Below, in pieces: positions 1 through 8,600 of a stretch of DNA of 48,133 nucleotides (within the stretch, counting starts at the first letter, position 1; each line of letters starts with the position of its first letter). Under the pieces are notes generated by a model. It was given only the letters and a program-made list of their open reading frames with translations, did not search any database and was not told where the DNA came from. Origin of the DNA: Hormoscilla sp. (lineage in GTDB: Bacteria > Cyanobacteriota > Cyanobacteriia > Cyanobacteriales > Desertifilaceae); NCBI GenBank assembly GCA_051439505.1, contig JBFRWI010000147.1:1-48133 (forward strand), read 5' to 3'. Both the position numbers and the translations under genes were made by a program.

Positions 1-58
1 GGGACCACTCACGCTCAGGGACCACTCACGCTCAGGGACCACTCACGCTCAGGGACCA
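1..58. repeat. 17-bp tandem repeat (GGGACCACTCACGCTCA) x3.5, probably continuing off the left edge
   Basis: Exact units at 1, 18 and 35, partial at 52. Shares ACGCTCAGGGACC with the REP-like module CCCTTCGGCTAACGCTCAGGGACC at ~91-114. Confidence 0.9.
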
Positions 59-238
59 CCGATAGCTGTAGGGGCGAAGCTAAGGAGTGACCCTTCGGCT
101 AACGCTCAGGGACCGCCAATTATGACATAAATTTACAGATCCCCTCTCCTCAGGCAACGCCGAGGCCCCCCGCGAGGTCTTCGGTGTACCAACTGTTTTT
201 GACCACACCCATTGCTGGCTGACAACGAACTATTACTG

Positions 239-325
239 GCTTACATTAACCCTATGTAAGCTTACATTAACCCTATGTAAGCTTACATCAACCCTATGTA
301 AGCTTACATTAACCCTATGTAAGCT
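239..325. repeat. 21-bp palindromic tandem repeat (GCTTACATTAACCCTATGTAA) x4
   Basis: Units at 239, 260, 281 (one substitution) and 302. Junctions form the perfect palindrome ATGTAAGCTTACAT. No spacers. Confidence 0.95.
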
Positions 326-345
326 GATTCTAAGCAAATGTAAAC

Positions 346-870
346 GGGTGTGTAGGGGCAGTTGTTGCACAAGGAGCCCCCCAAACCCCCCCGTGGAGGA
401 GATCCGGCGACTGGGAGGCCCCCCCAATACTGCATATAGTTTGCAATAAATTCCTCGGGGGGGAGTGGGGAGTGGGGAGTGGGGACAATACTTCAAGGTT
501 TTGCATGGCGGCAGGTACATTTGGGTGCGGCCCCTTCGCCCGTTGGTAGTAGCCCGAACCCTAAAGGGCCCGGCTATTCCGAACTAAGCCCGCCTGCGTG
601 GTCCCTGAGCGTTAGTCGAAGGGCGGGCTATATACCTGTATCACCAGATGCGCCTGGCGCCTGGCGATCAACTACTTTTGACCACACCCCTCTCTACCTT
701 GTCTAGATAAGGATGTACTCTCGTTCCCAGGCGGAGCCAGGGAACGAGTTCTAGAGGCAGAGCCTCTAGTTGAAAATGGTGCAAGATCTCAGTTTTAACC
801 GACTAGAAAGAGCGCCAAATTCGTAGGGTGGGCACCGCCCACCTTACAGCTTATAATTGCCTGGGAGGGA
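346..870. repeat. Mosaic of REP/MITE-like modules
   Basis: Contains CAATACTTC (486), CCCGAACCCTAAAGGG.CCGGCTA (~553; also ~33015), TTTTGACCACACCC (~676; also ~197 and 46861), CTCGTTCCCAGGCGGAGCCAGGGAACGAG (~720; relatives at ~1640, ~33222, ~43361, ~46812) and GGTGGGCACCGCCCACC (~827). Confidence 0.8.
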
Positions 871-1066
871 AAGGTGAGCGAGTTATAGGATACAGAAGAG
901 CGAATAGACTGGGGGGCGACGCCCCCCAGCAACTCAAAACCATTATGAATCAATGATTTTCTCCCCTCTCCCTGCGAGCTGCGATCTGCGAGAGCAGCTC
1001 GCTCGCGCAAGGGAATTCGCCGACAGCATCTTATAGTGATGGAGTTGTCAGACTCAAAACGGAGAA

Positions 1067-1552
1067 GTGAATATGTCTGAGATCGATCGAGATGGTCAGC
1101 TGTGGATCCTGAACGAGTTTTTTGGCATCAAAAGCATCCCACCGGCTGAAGACTCTGTGACGGGTCTCAAAGCAGCCCTCATTTGTGCAAAAGCAGACGG
1201 CGTACTGGCACCAGAAGAAAGAAACTGGGTTGTTGGTCGCGCTGCCACACTGCGCAATCCCGGGTATGAATTAGCCAAAACTTACCCAGCGGATGAGAAT
1301 TTGCTTGAAGTGATCGCTAAATCATCTGCTGTGGACAAGAGCGGTCGTCGCCTGGTAATTTATGTAGCTATTAAGGCTTGTGCTGCGGATGGAGAATACC
1401 ATCCTTCGGAACGGGCGAAAGTTCACAAAATGGCCAAAGCGCTGGGTATTGAAGAAGATGTCGTCAATCAAATCGAGGAACTTTGCGTATCCGAAGCCAA
1501 GATCCGAGAACAACGGATTGGCCTCATGTTTCCCGACGGCGTACCTTATTAG
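1067..1552 (+). CDS. TerB-like (tellurite-resistance TerB fold) protein
   Basis: 161 aa with two pseudo-repeated A-D-G-x4-E-R motifs (CAKADGVLAPEER, ACAADGEYHPSER) and C-terminal MAKALGI. GGAG RBS just upstream. Start may be ATG 1073. Confidence 0.75.
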   Translation: MNMSEIDRDGQLWILNEFFGIKSIPPAEDSVTGLKAALICAKADGVLAPEERNWVVGRAATLRNPGYELAKTYPADENLLEVIAKSSAVDKSGRRLVIYVAIKACAADGEYHPSERAKVHKMAKALGIEEDVVNQIEELCVSEAKIREQRIGLMFPDGVPY

Positions 1553-1564
1553 AAAGTATCCAAG

Positions 1565-1665
1565 AGATCTGCCTGGGAGCGCTTGTTGAAGGCTCTGCCT
1601 CCTATTATAGTCACAGGAGGCAGAGCCTCGAAACGACGTTCCCAGCGAGACCCTGGGAACGAGAG
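1565..1665. repeat. REP-like hairpin element
   Basis: AGGCTCTGCCTCCT...AGGAGGCAGAGCCT stem plus CGTTCCCAG...CTGGGAACG. The family recurs elsewhere in the window. Confidence 0.8.
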
Positions 1666-1689
1666 TCTTGAAAAGAGAAGGCGATCGAA

Positions 1690-2598
1690 ATGGCGTTTGA
1701 AATTCTTGCAGCAAATACTCCCGCCCATCTAGACGGTATTTTTAAAATAAGACACAAGGTTTTCTGTGAGGAAGAGGGGTATCTTTATCCCACAGATAAT
1801 GGCAGGGTGATAGATCGTTTTGATGCTTTCCCAACAACTACAAACTTAGTAGTACTGTATGAAGGTAGAGTAGTAGGAGGGATGCGTATTACACTAGATT
1901 CTGAAATGGGAATACCACAAGATGATTACTATGATTTTCGCAGTCATATTCCCAGAAATATCCATGTCATGGGATGCGGGCAAAAATGCGTAACCAAAGA
2001 GTTGAGATCTCCGAAAATTGCTCGGGGACTAATCCTAATGGCGATGTACTTTGCTGTTTCACATGGAGTACCGTACATCGTCGCAGTAATCAATCCAGAC
2101 ATAGCAAAACTGCTTAAGCGAGTAGGTTTTCAGGCTTTGGATGGTGAAATTATCGTTCCCCATATTAGAATACCAGTAATTCCCGTTTTGTTAGATATGC
2201 GGGATCTCAAAGACTATTTCATGAACTTCGCTATCAAGAACGAATTGTATAACTTCCTCAAGTCTTACAACTGTATGTTTTTCTCCCAATCAGAGCAGAT
2301 TATTAGAACAGGAGAGCCAGGAAACGCGGCTTTTATAATTATTGAAGGCGAGGCGGAAGTTAGATATAAAGATACTATATTGACGAGTTTAAGCCAAGGA
2401 GATGTGTTCGGGGAATTGGCACTCTTTACTGATGACATTCGCTCAGCGGACGTTTTTGCAAAAACTGAAGTGAAAGCGATGGTGCTCAAGAAGGAGGATT
2501 TTTTATCCCATCTTAAAGAGAATCCTCAACAAGCACTGAAGTTAATCTCCGGTATGGCAAACAGATTAAAGTCCTTAACCAATCAAATTAAAACCTAG
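1690..2598 (+). CDS. N-acyl amino acid synthase (FeeM/LuxI-like GNAT fold) fused to a C-terminal cNMP-binding domain (NasP-like architecture)
   Basis: The N-terminal 'IFKIRHKVFCEE...IDRFD...VVGGMRI...AVINP...LKRVGF' pattern is typical of acyl-ACP-dependent synthases. The C-terminal 'IIRTGEPGNAAFIIIEGEAEV...GDVFGELALFTDDIRSADV' is a canonical cNMP cassette. Confidence 0.75.
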   Translation: MAFEILAANTPAHLDGIFKIRHKVFCEEEGYLYPTDNGRVIDRFDAFPTTTNLVVLYEGRVVGGMRITLDSEMGIPQDDYYDFRSHIPRNIHVMGCGQKCVTKELRSPKIARGLILMAMYFAVSHGVPYIVAVINPDIAKLLKRVGFQALDGEIIVPHIRIPVIPVLLDMRDLKDYFMNFAIKNELYNFLKSYNCMFFSQSEQIIRTGEPGNAAFIIIEGEAEVRYKDTILTSLSQGDVFGELALFTDDIRSADVFAKTEVKAMVLKKEDFLSHLKENPQQALKLISGMANRLKSLTNQIKT

Positions 2599-2722
2599 CG
2601 CTCCCCTGAGGCTAAGTGGATGTCAAGCAAAGATTCGGTATTACCGATTAATTGAGATATAAAACACGAGATATCAAACTTAACAGATAATGTTTTAGTC
2701 GGGCGATCGGGCGGGATGATTT

Positions 2723-2931
2723 ATGAATCAGTACAGCATGATTATTCAATGGTCTGATGAAGATCGGCTTTTCCTGGTCACGATTCCAGAATTTGCCGAT
2801 CGGGTAATACTCACGGCAAATCTCGTTTGGAAGCAATTCGTAACGGCGAAGAAGTGATAGAAATGTATTTGGAGGCTTGGCAAGCAGAAGGTGAGTCCAT
2901 CCCAGAACCAAGTACGCTGCAAATTGCCTGA
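2723..2931 (+). pseudogene. hicB: HicB-family antitoxin, frameshifted
   Basis: ATG 2723 reads MNQYSMIIQWSDEDRLFLVTIPEFADRVI. A second frame continues THGKSRLEAIRNGEEVIEMYLEAWQAEGESIPEPSTLQIA* (TGA 2929-2931). No adjacent hicA is seen. Confidence 0.85.
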
Positions 2932-3180
2932 GGAAGATCGAGTTTCTTGACAAAGCTGCGCTAGTGCAAGATATCATGTATAATCAAAGAGGCGCGATCG
3001 CCTATAATTTAACTAAAAATAATAGCGCGATCGCATCCATGATTTACCAGATAACAGAAGCAAATAAAGGGTATAATTGTCAACTGGGCAGTACAGTAAT
3101 GAAAAATTACATATCCGGACAGTGGGCACGGCCCCTTCTACTGATATAATTGTAAGTATAAGACTAGGAGCAACATCTAG

Positions 3181-4341
3181 ATGGCACAACAGTTTGACGC
3201 GATCGTATTAGGGGCAGGGGGAATAGGTAGCGCCGCTGCTTACTATCTATCCAAGGCCCGACAGCGGGTGCTGCTGCTAGAACAGTTTGAACTCAATCAC
3301 CAAAATGGCAGTTCCTATGGCGTCTCCCGGGTGATCCGCTATGCCTACGATATTCCAATTTACATTAATCTCATGCGATCGGCCTATCGCCTCTGGTTTG
3401 CCCTGGAAGAAGAAGCAAAAGAACAGCTATATGTCAAGACTGGGGGAATTGACTTTTCTCAACCGGATGAGCCCAGTTTTCAGCAGGTAGCTGCCAGTAT
3501 GGAGGAAATGGGTATTGCCTTCGATCGCCTCACGGCCCCAGAGGCCAGCCAGCGTTTTCCCCAATTTCGGTTCGACGAGGGCATGGAGGTACTCTATCAG
3601 CAGGATAGCGGATTATTGGCTGCCTCCAAGTGCGTATTGGCCCATACTCGCCTAGCCCAGGGGCGGGGTGCTACCCTTGTGGACCGGACGCCAGTAACTA
3701 AGATTACTGTAGGCAGTAACAGTGTGGAAGTGCAGACTCCCACCGAAACTTATGCCGCAGATAAAATAGTAATTGCAGCAGGCAGTTGGGCAAAAACGTT
3801 ACTGTCCCCATTGGGGATAGAGTTGCCCTTAAAAATCATGCCCTGTCAGTTGGCTTTTTTCCAGACCGACAACCCAGAAGATTATCAAGCAGAACGCTTT
3901 CCCGTATTCCTTGCCCACATGAATGGAGATTACGGAGAAATGCCCTATGGCATTCCCTCTTATCAAGATTCTGGGGTAAAAATCACCACCTTTTATGGCT
4001 GGGAAACTGTCAGTCATCCCGGGGAAGTAGACTACCATCCCGATGATAACTGGATCGAACGGATGCGGGGTTTCTCCCGCCAGTATATTCCTGGTGCCAA
4101 TGGTCCCCTGCTATCCACTCGCAGGTGTTTATATACTCTCACCCCGGATAAAGATTTTATCATCGATCGCCATCCGGAATATCCCCAAGTTATCTTTGCG
4201 GCGGGCTTTTCCGGACATGGCTTCAAGTTTACCACCCTCGTGGGCAGTATCTTAGCTGACTTAGCCCTCCAAGGGGAAACAGAACATGATATTAGTCTAT
4301 TCAAAGCATCACGATTTCCCAATGCTTTTGCGAATGGCTAA
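3181..4341 (+). CDS. solA: FAD-dependent N-methyl-L-tryptophan/monomeric sarcosine oxidase
   Basis: GAGGIG dinucleotide motif, HQNGSSYGVSRVIR, CLYTLTPD (flavinylation Cys) and GFSGHGFKF. Confidence 0.9.
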   Translation: MAQQFDAIVLGAGGIGSAAAYYLSKARQRVLLLEQFELNHQNGSSYGVSRVIRYAYDIPIYINLMRSAYRLWFALEEEAKEQLYVKTGGIDFSQPDEPSFQQVAASMEEMGIAFDRLTAPEASQRFPQFRFDEGMEVLYQQDSGLLAASKCVLAHTRLAQGRGATLVDRTPVTKITVGSNSVEVQTPTETYAADKIVIAAGSWAKTLLSPLGIELPLKIMPCQLAFFQTDNPEDYQAERFPVFLAHMNGDYGEMPYGIPSYQDSGVKITTFYGWETVSHPGEVDYHPDDNWIERMRGFSRQYIPGANGPLLSTRRCLYTLTPDKDFIIDRHPEYPQVIFAAGFSGHGFKFTTLVGSILADLALQGETEHDISLFKASRFPNAFANG

Positions 4342-4445
4342 TTGCTAATTGCCATTCTCCATGATTTCAATAATGAGTTTCCTTGGGTTTTGGTGATAAG
4401 TAAAACTTATGTATACGCTAGCCTTTTTTTAACCTAAATTGTATC

Positions 4446-4635
4446 GGGAGATACAACTCACATCATAAACCCAGTTAGTGGGAATTCTGGCGTTGCACAA
4501 CGAAACCGATTAAACTGAAGCCACGCGCCGCTTGTCATCGGCGACTAGCAGATGTTGTTAATGACTTGTAACAACGTATAAATGACAGTTGACAACTGAA
4601 AAATATCAACTGACAACGCCGGAATTATGTCTCCC
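4446..4635. mobile_element. MITE-like element with GGCGTTG/CAACGCC inverted ends
   Basis: AATTCTGGCGTTG (4483-4495) pairs with CAACGCCGGAATT (4614-4626), with outer GGGAGATA/TGTCTCCC. Relatives at 12669 and 38861. Confidence 0.55.
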
Positions 4636-5095
4636 GTCCAGCAGCGGGTGGATTTTTTGTTGACATCTGGCCAGGAGTTGCCTATATATAGAAGTGAAGA
4701 ACACAATTTGGACAAGGGGTAAGCTGGCTCTGTTTCCCGATCGGGTCTTCTGCGTTCGCCTGAGTATAACCCAGAAACATCTGCGGGAACTGATAGCACA
4801 ACTGCCCTGCGCCCGTGCTGTGATGCTTTATTTTATTAACCGGGGGGACTTTACGTCCTTTGCTCCGGGAGATCAGGTCTCCGGACAGCTGTTGCGAGAG
4901 GCGACTGCGCTACGGGCACAGGCTTCGCTACGCGAACGGCCACCGTTCGGGAAAAATCGGTTTAGAAGTGCTCCCCTGTAGTTTTGAAGCTACTCCTGTG
5001 GGCATTCGTTACCAGGGCTTAGTATCGCTGAAAACACGCTCGGGGTGTTGAATAGTTCTAGACTGTATTGGCTATTCTATGTAGGAACGAAAAGT

Positions 5096-6526
5096 ATGCG
5101 TCGAACGAAAATTATCTGCACCGTCGGACCAGCCTCAGAGCCCCCCGATCGCCTAGAGGCTTTGATAAAGGCAGGGATGAACGTGGCCCGGCTGAATTTC
5201 TCCCACGGCACCCATGAGGCCCACGCACGAGCGATCGATCATTTGCGGGAAATTAGCAATCGTCTCAATCGACCGATCGCGATCCTCCAAGACTTGTGCG
5301 GACCGAAGCTGCGACTGGGCAATTTACCAGAAGAGGGACTGCGGATAGAAGCAGGAGAAACAGCAACTTTTGTCCTATCAGATTCTGGCAACAGCATAGA
5401 GGAATTGCCCCTGCCAATTCCAACTTTGTTTGCCATGGTGCGCAAAGGCGATCGGCTTTTAATTAATGATGGCAGGGTGAAGATGATAGTGACCGATCGG
5501 GAGGCAGACATCATCCGTGCCGAAGCAGCCATTGGCGGAAAGCTGTCCTCCCATAAAGGCGTAAATATCCCAGATACGCGGCTACCTATCACCCCAGTGA
5601 CGGAAAAGGACTTGAGCGATCTGCGTTTTGGCATTCAAAAGGGGGTGGACTTGGTGGCCGTATCCTTCGTGCGTAGCGCTGCCGACTTAGAACCCGTCCA
5701 GCGGATGATCGAGGCAGCGGGTCATCACATTCTGGTCATCCCCAAAATCGAAAAACGGGAGGCGGTGGAGAATTTCGACGAGATCTTGAAAGTAGCAGAT
5801 GGAGTGCTGATTGCCCGTGGTGATATGGGTGTAGAACTGCCTCTCAACCAAGTGCCTTTAATTCAAAAAGATATCATCAAACGCTGCAACCGGGCAGGCA
5901 AGCCAGTGATTACCGCTACCCAGATGCTAGAGTCCATGATTAACGCCCCGGACCCCACCCGTGCCGAGGCCACGGATGTGGCCAATTCGATTCTAGACGG
6001 TACCGATGCGGTGATGCTTTCTGGAGAAACTGCGGTGGGAGATTATCCAGTCGAAGCGGTGCAGACGATGGACAGCATTGCTACCTATACAGAAAAAGCG
6101 CTGCAAGAGGGGGTACTGAAGCTGCCTCGTACCGATGAGGGTAGTCTCAGCGTTACGGAAGCTGTGGCTGAATCTGTCTGCCGTGTCGCCTATGATATTG
6201 GTGCTAAGGCGATTCTCTGCAATACCTCATCGGGGAGTACGGCCCGGTTGGTATCCAAGTATCGCCCCAAAACCCCGATCGTTGCTTTCACTCCGGAAGC
6301 ACCAACTTATCGTCAGTTGGCATTGTCCTGGGGCGTGGAACCTTGCCTGATTCCGGTGGTCAATTCAGCCGAGGAAATGTTCTTGACTGTGGTGAATAAA
6401 ACAGTGGAGATGGGTTTGGTAAAAGAAGGACAAAAGGTGGTCATTACTTCGGGAGTGCCTGTAGGGGCCTCTGGTACTACCAGTCTGATTAAAGTACATA
6501 CGATCGGACAGCCTCTGATCGGTTAA
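5096..6526 (+). CDS. pyk: Pyruvate kinase
   Basis: MRRTKIICTVGPAS, RLNFSHG, IPKIEK, IARGDMGVE, TATQMLESM and DAVMLSGETA. ATG 5096 is preferred over the ORF-track start at 5045. Confidence 0.97.
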   Translation: MRRTKIICTVGPASEPPDRLEALIKAGMNVARLNFSHGTHEAHARAIDHLREISNRLNRPIAILQDLCGPKLRLGNLPEEGLRIEAGETATFVLSDSGNSIEELPLPIPTLFAMVRKGDRLLINDGRVKMIVTDREADIIRAEAAIGGKLSSHKGVNIPDTRLPITPVTEKDLSDLRFGIQKGVDLVAVSFVRSAADLEPVQRMIEAAGHHILVIPKIEKREAVENFDEILKVADGVLIARGDMGVELPLNQVPLIQKDIIKRCNRAGKPVITATQMLESMINAPDPTRAEATDVANSILDGTDAVMLSGETAVGDYPVEAVQTMDSIATYTEKALQEGVLKLPRTDEGSLSVTEAVAESVCRVAYDIGAKAILCNTSSGSTARLVSKYRPKTPIVAFTPEAPTYRQLALSWGVEPCLIPVVNSAEEMFLTVVNKTVEMGLVKEGQKVVITSGVPVGASGTTSLIKVHTIGQPLIG

Positions 6527-6567
6527 CCTGTAAGGTGGGCACTGCCGGCACTGCCCACCTTACAGGT
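6526..6567. terminator. REP-derived hairpin between convergent genes
   Basis: ACCTGTAAGGTGGGCA...TGCCCACCTTACAGGT forms a 16-bp perfect stem filling the intergenic gap. Confidence 0.7.
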
Positions 6568-8600
6568 CATTCCTCTTTGTAATCAGAGATTTTCCAAACG
6601 CCTTGCTCGGTAATAAAATAATAGGTGTAATTTCCCTTCGATGTGCCTGACTGGGAGTAATCTATGCCCTGCCGACCAAAGAGAATCCTGTTTTCCGATA
6701 TTTGCACTTTTATTGCTGGTCTAGTTGCCGAACTCGCAAATGACCAAACTTGTTCGATCTCGGATTTTTTGTAGACGTAGTAGGCTTGATTCTGACGCAG
6801 CCAATCTATGGTTCCATTTGGTTTAGTTATATCTCGATAAAGGGGTCCGGTGATATATTTACGAGCTAACTTTGCATTAAAAGGAGGAGCAAATACTTGT
6901 GACTTAACCTTCAACCATTGATTGACTAAGGCTACGGCTTGGTCTTGACTTAAGGAACTATGCGTGTCAGTTGGGGGGACTGGAGGTAGCGGGATACTAG
7001 GTGCGGGACTGTCAATGACGGGGGGCGGGTTAGCTGTCAATGATTTCCGGGGGCTTAAACCCATTTCTAGTTTAAAATCAGTTATCTTCTTAGATGTAGA
7101 AACTAACAGAGTATAAGTGCCGCTGAGGGGTAAATATGGCGGATTTGGCAGTTGGGTTTCGCGACTGTAAACCCAAATACAAATATCGTCGTTGGTGCGG
7201 GCGATTAACTTTTGACCGGCTTGGGCCTCAAAGCTGTAGCCGAGATATTCTCCCTTTCTAATATTACCATATTTCTTGAGAGTTTGGTTAGTCTGTAGGA
7301 CTAATGTTTCGATATTGATGGCATCTCGTCTCCATGCTGGTTGTTCTGGACATTTATCTGAAACTAAGCTGGAAAATCTGCCTTTTAATGCTCCCAGATC
7401 GATCGCCTGATATCGCCACAGCCAATATCCGGTAATTATTAACAGCAGGATAATGTTGACAAGTACGATCCATCCGGCTTTGCTATCGGATAATGATGCG
7501 ACTGGCGGACTATCTCCCAGGGCATTTTCGATCCATTCCTGGTTAAAGATGGCTAGATAAATGCGGTTGGCAACGGTTAATCGGCCCTGCTGGGAGACCA
7601 CTAACCCTGATAGCTGTAATTCGATCTGTTGGGGACTATTATCGGCTGCTACGTCCCCCTGAGACCAAATCTGTTGATATAATTCTATTGTGGGGCGATC
7701 ACACTTAAGCAGGCGATCGCTCATCAGCCGCAGATGGGGGGGAACATCCTGCATTTCCCAGTTGGCGACAAGGCCCGAGCGGGCGATATTTTCCACATAA
7801 TCAGCTTCCGCACCTTTGGGTACCTGTGCTGATGAGTTGACAATGAGTTGACAGAGTTTTTGAGTCAGGAAAGGTTGACCGCCAGTCCAAGTCAAAACTG
7901 CTGCTAGTAAAGCTTGGGGGTCGTCTGCTTGGCGCTGAAATCCTGATTGCAAGGGTTGGGCTTCGTGGAATTGAAAGCCATTGAGGGCGATCGCCCTCCC
8001 GATGTCAAAGGGGGTACCATGAGGAGATAGAATAGCCTCTGCGGTCGCTCCCAGCAGGGCAAAAGTGAGGCGCTGGTATGCGGGGTTATTGGCCCGTTGG
8101 TTATAGCAGCCCCGGATAAAGGCCAAGAAATCTGCTGTAAATTCCGTTAGCAGCAATGCCTCAATTTCATCGATCGAGATGACGATATCCTGGGTAACTT
8201 GGGCCAGAAGGATATCTTCGATAAACTCGCTCAAGCGCAGCACGGGCGAAACATGAGAGCGCGATATCCACCAAGAATTCAAGTCAATTTCCAGATCGAA
8301 CTGTCTTTGCAGCCAATGGACGAAGCCCCCGTACCACTCATCGGGCGTCACCTGCTGGCTGCCAATCAGTCCGATATCGATCGTCGCGCAGGCCACCCCT
8401 GCCCCTTCCAACCGGCGCACAGTCCGCACTAGCAAACTGGACTTACCCATTTGCCGCGAGTTAAAGACGTAGCACAACTGGCCAGCCATCAGGGCGTCAA
8501 AGAATTCTCCGTCGGCGGCGCGGACTACATAGCTTGGGGCGTCAAAAGGTAGACTCCCGCCTACTTGATATTTAAAGTCTGTTAAAGGTACTGGGTGCAT
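6567..8600 (-). CDS. AAA_35-type NTPase with a TM helix, a PPC-like beta domain, a Pro-rich linker and a C-terminal ARC6/IMS (DUF4101)-like domain
   Basis: YQVGGSL...SYVVRAAD, Walker A NSRQMGKSS, Walker B ISIDEIE, WTGGQPFLTQKLC; TM GWIVLVNIILLLIITGYWLW; C-terminal 'AVALVNQWLKVKSQVFAPPF...IDWLRQNQAYY...WKISDY'. Confidence 0.8.
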   Translation of the reverse strand: MHPVPLTDFKYQVGGSLPFDAPSYVVRAADGEFFDALMAGQLCYVFNSRQMGKSSLLVRTVRRLEGAGVACATIDIGLIGSQQVTPDEWYGGFVHWLQRQFDLEIDLNSWWISRSHVSPVLRLSEFIEDILLAQVTQDIVISIDEIEALLLTEFTADFLAFIRGCYNQRANNPAYQRLTFALLGATAEAILSPHGTPFDIGRAIALNGFQFHEAQPLQSGFQRQADDPQALLAAVLTWTGGQPFLTQKLCQLIVNSSAQVPKGAEADYVENIARSGLVANWEMQDVPPHLRLMSDRLLKCDRPTIELYQQIWSQGDVAADNSPQQIELQLSGLVVSQQGRLTVANRIYLAIFNQEWIENALGDSPPVASLSDSKAGWIVLVNIILLLIITGYWLWRYQAIDLGALKGRFSSLVSDKCPEQPAWRRDAINIETLVLQTNQTLKKYGNIRKGEYLGYSFEAQAGQKLIARTNDDICIWVYSRETQLPNPPYLPLSGTYTLLVSTSKKITDFKLEMGLSPRKSLTANPPPVIDSPAPSIPLPPVPPTDTHSSLSQDQAVALVNQWLKVKSQVFAPPFNAKLARKYITGPLYRDITKPNGTIDWLRQNQAYYVYKKSEIEQVWSFASSATRPAIKVQISENRILFGRQGIDYSQSGTSKGNYTYYFITEQGVWKISDYKEE

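Noticed and set aside
239..325. NtcA boxes (GTA-N8-TAC), or the 95-aa ORF 233..520
   Set aside because: The spacing is GTA-N4-TAC. The ORF's repeated VSLHRVN is a by-product of the 21-bp array and its remainder runs through REP DNA.
4420..4450. Second IS607-like right end (AACCTAAATTGTATCGG)
   Set aside because: The similarity to 23563-23580 is short, and I found no tnpB coding remnant upstream.
4694..5051. Short ORFs or an ncRNA/riboswitch upstream of pyk
   Set aside because: No recognisable protein or RNA family motif, and part of the region is REP-like. An Rfam scan would be needed.
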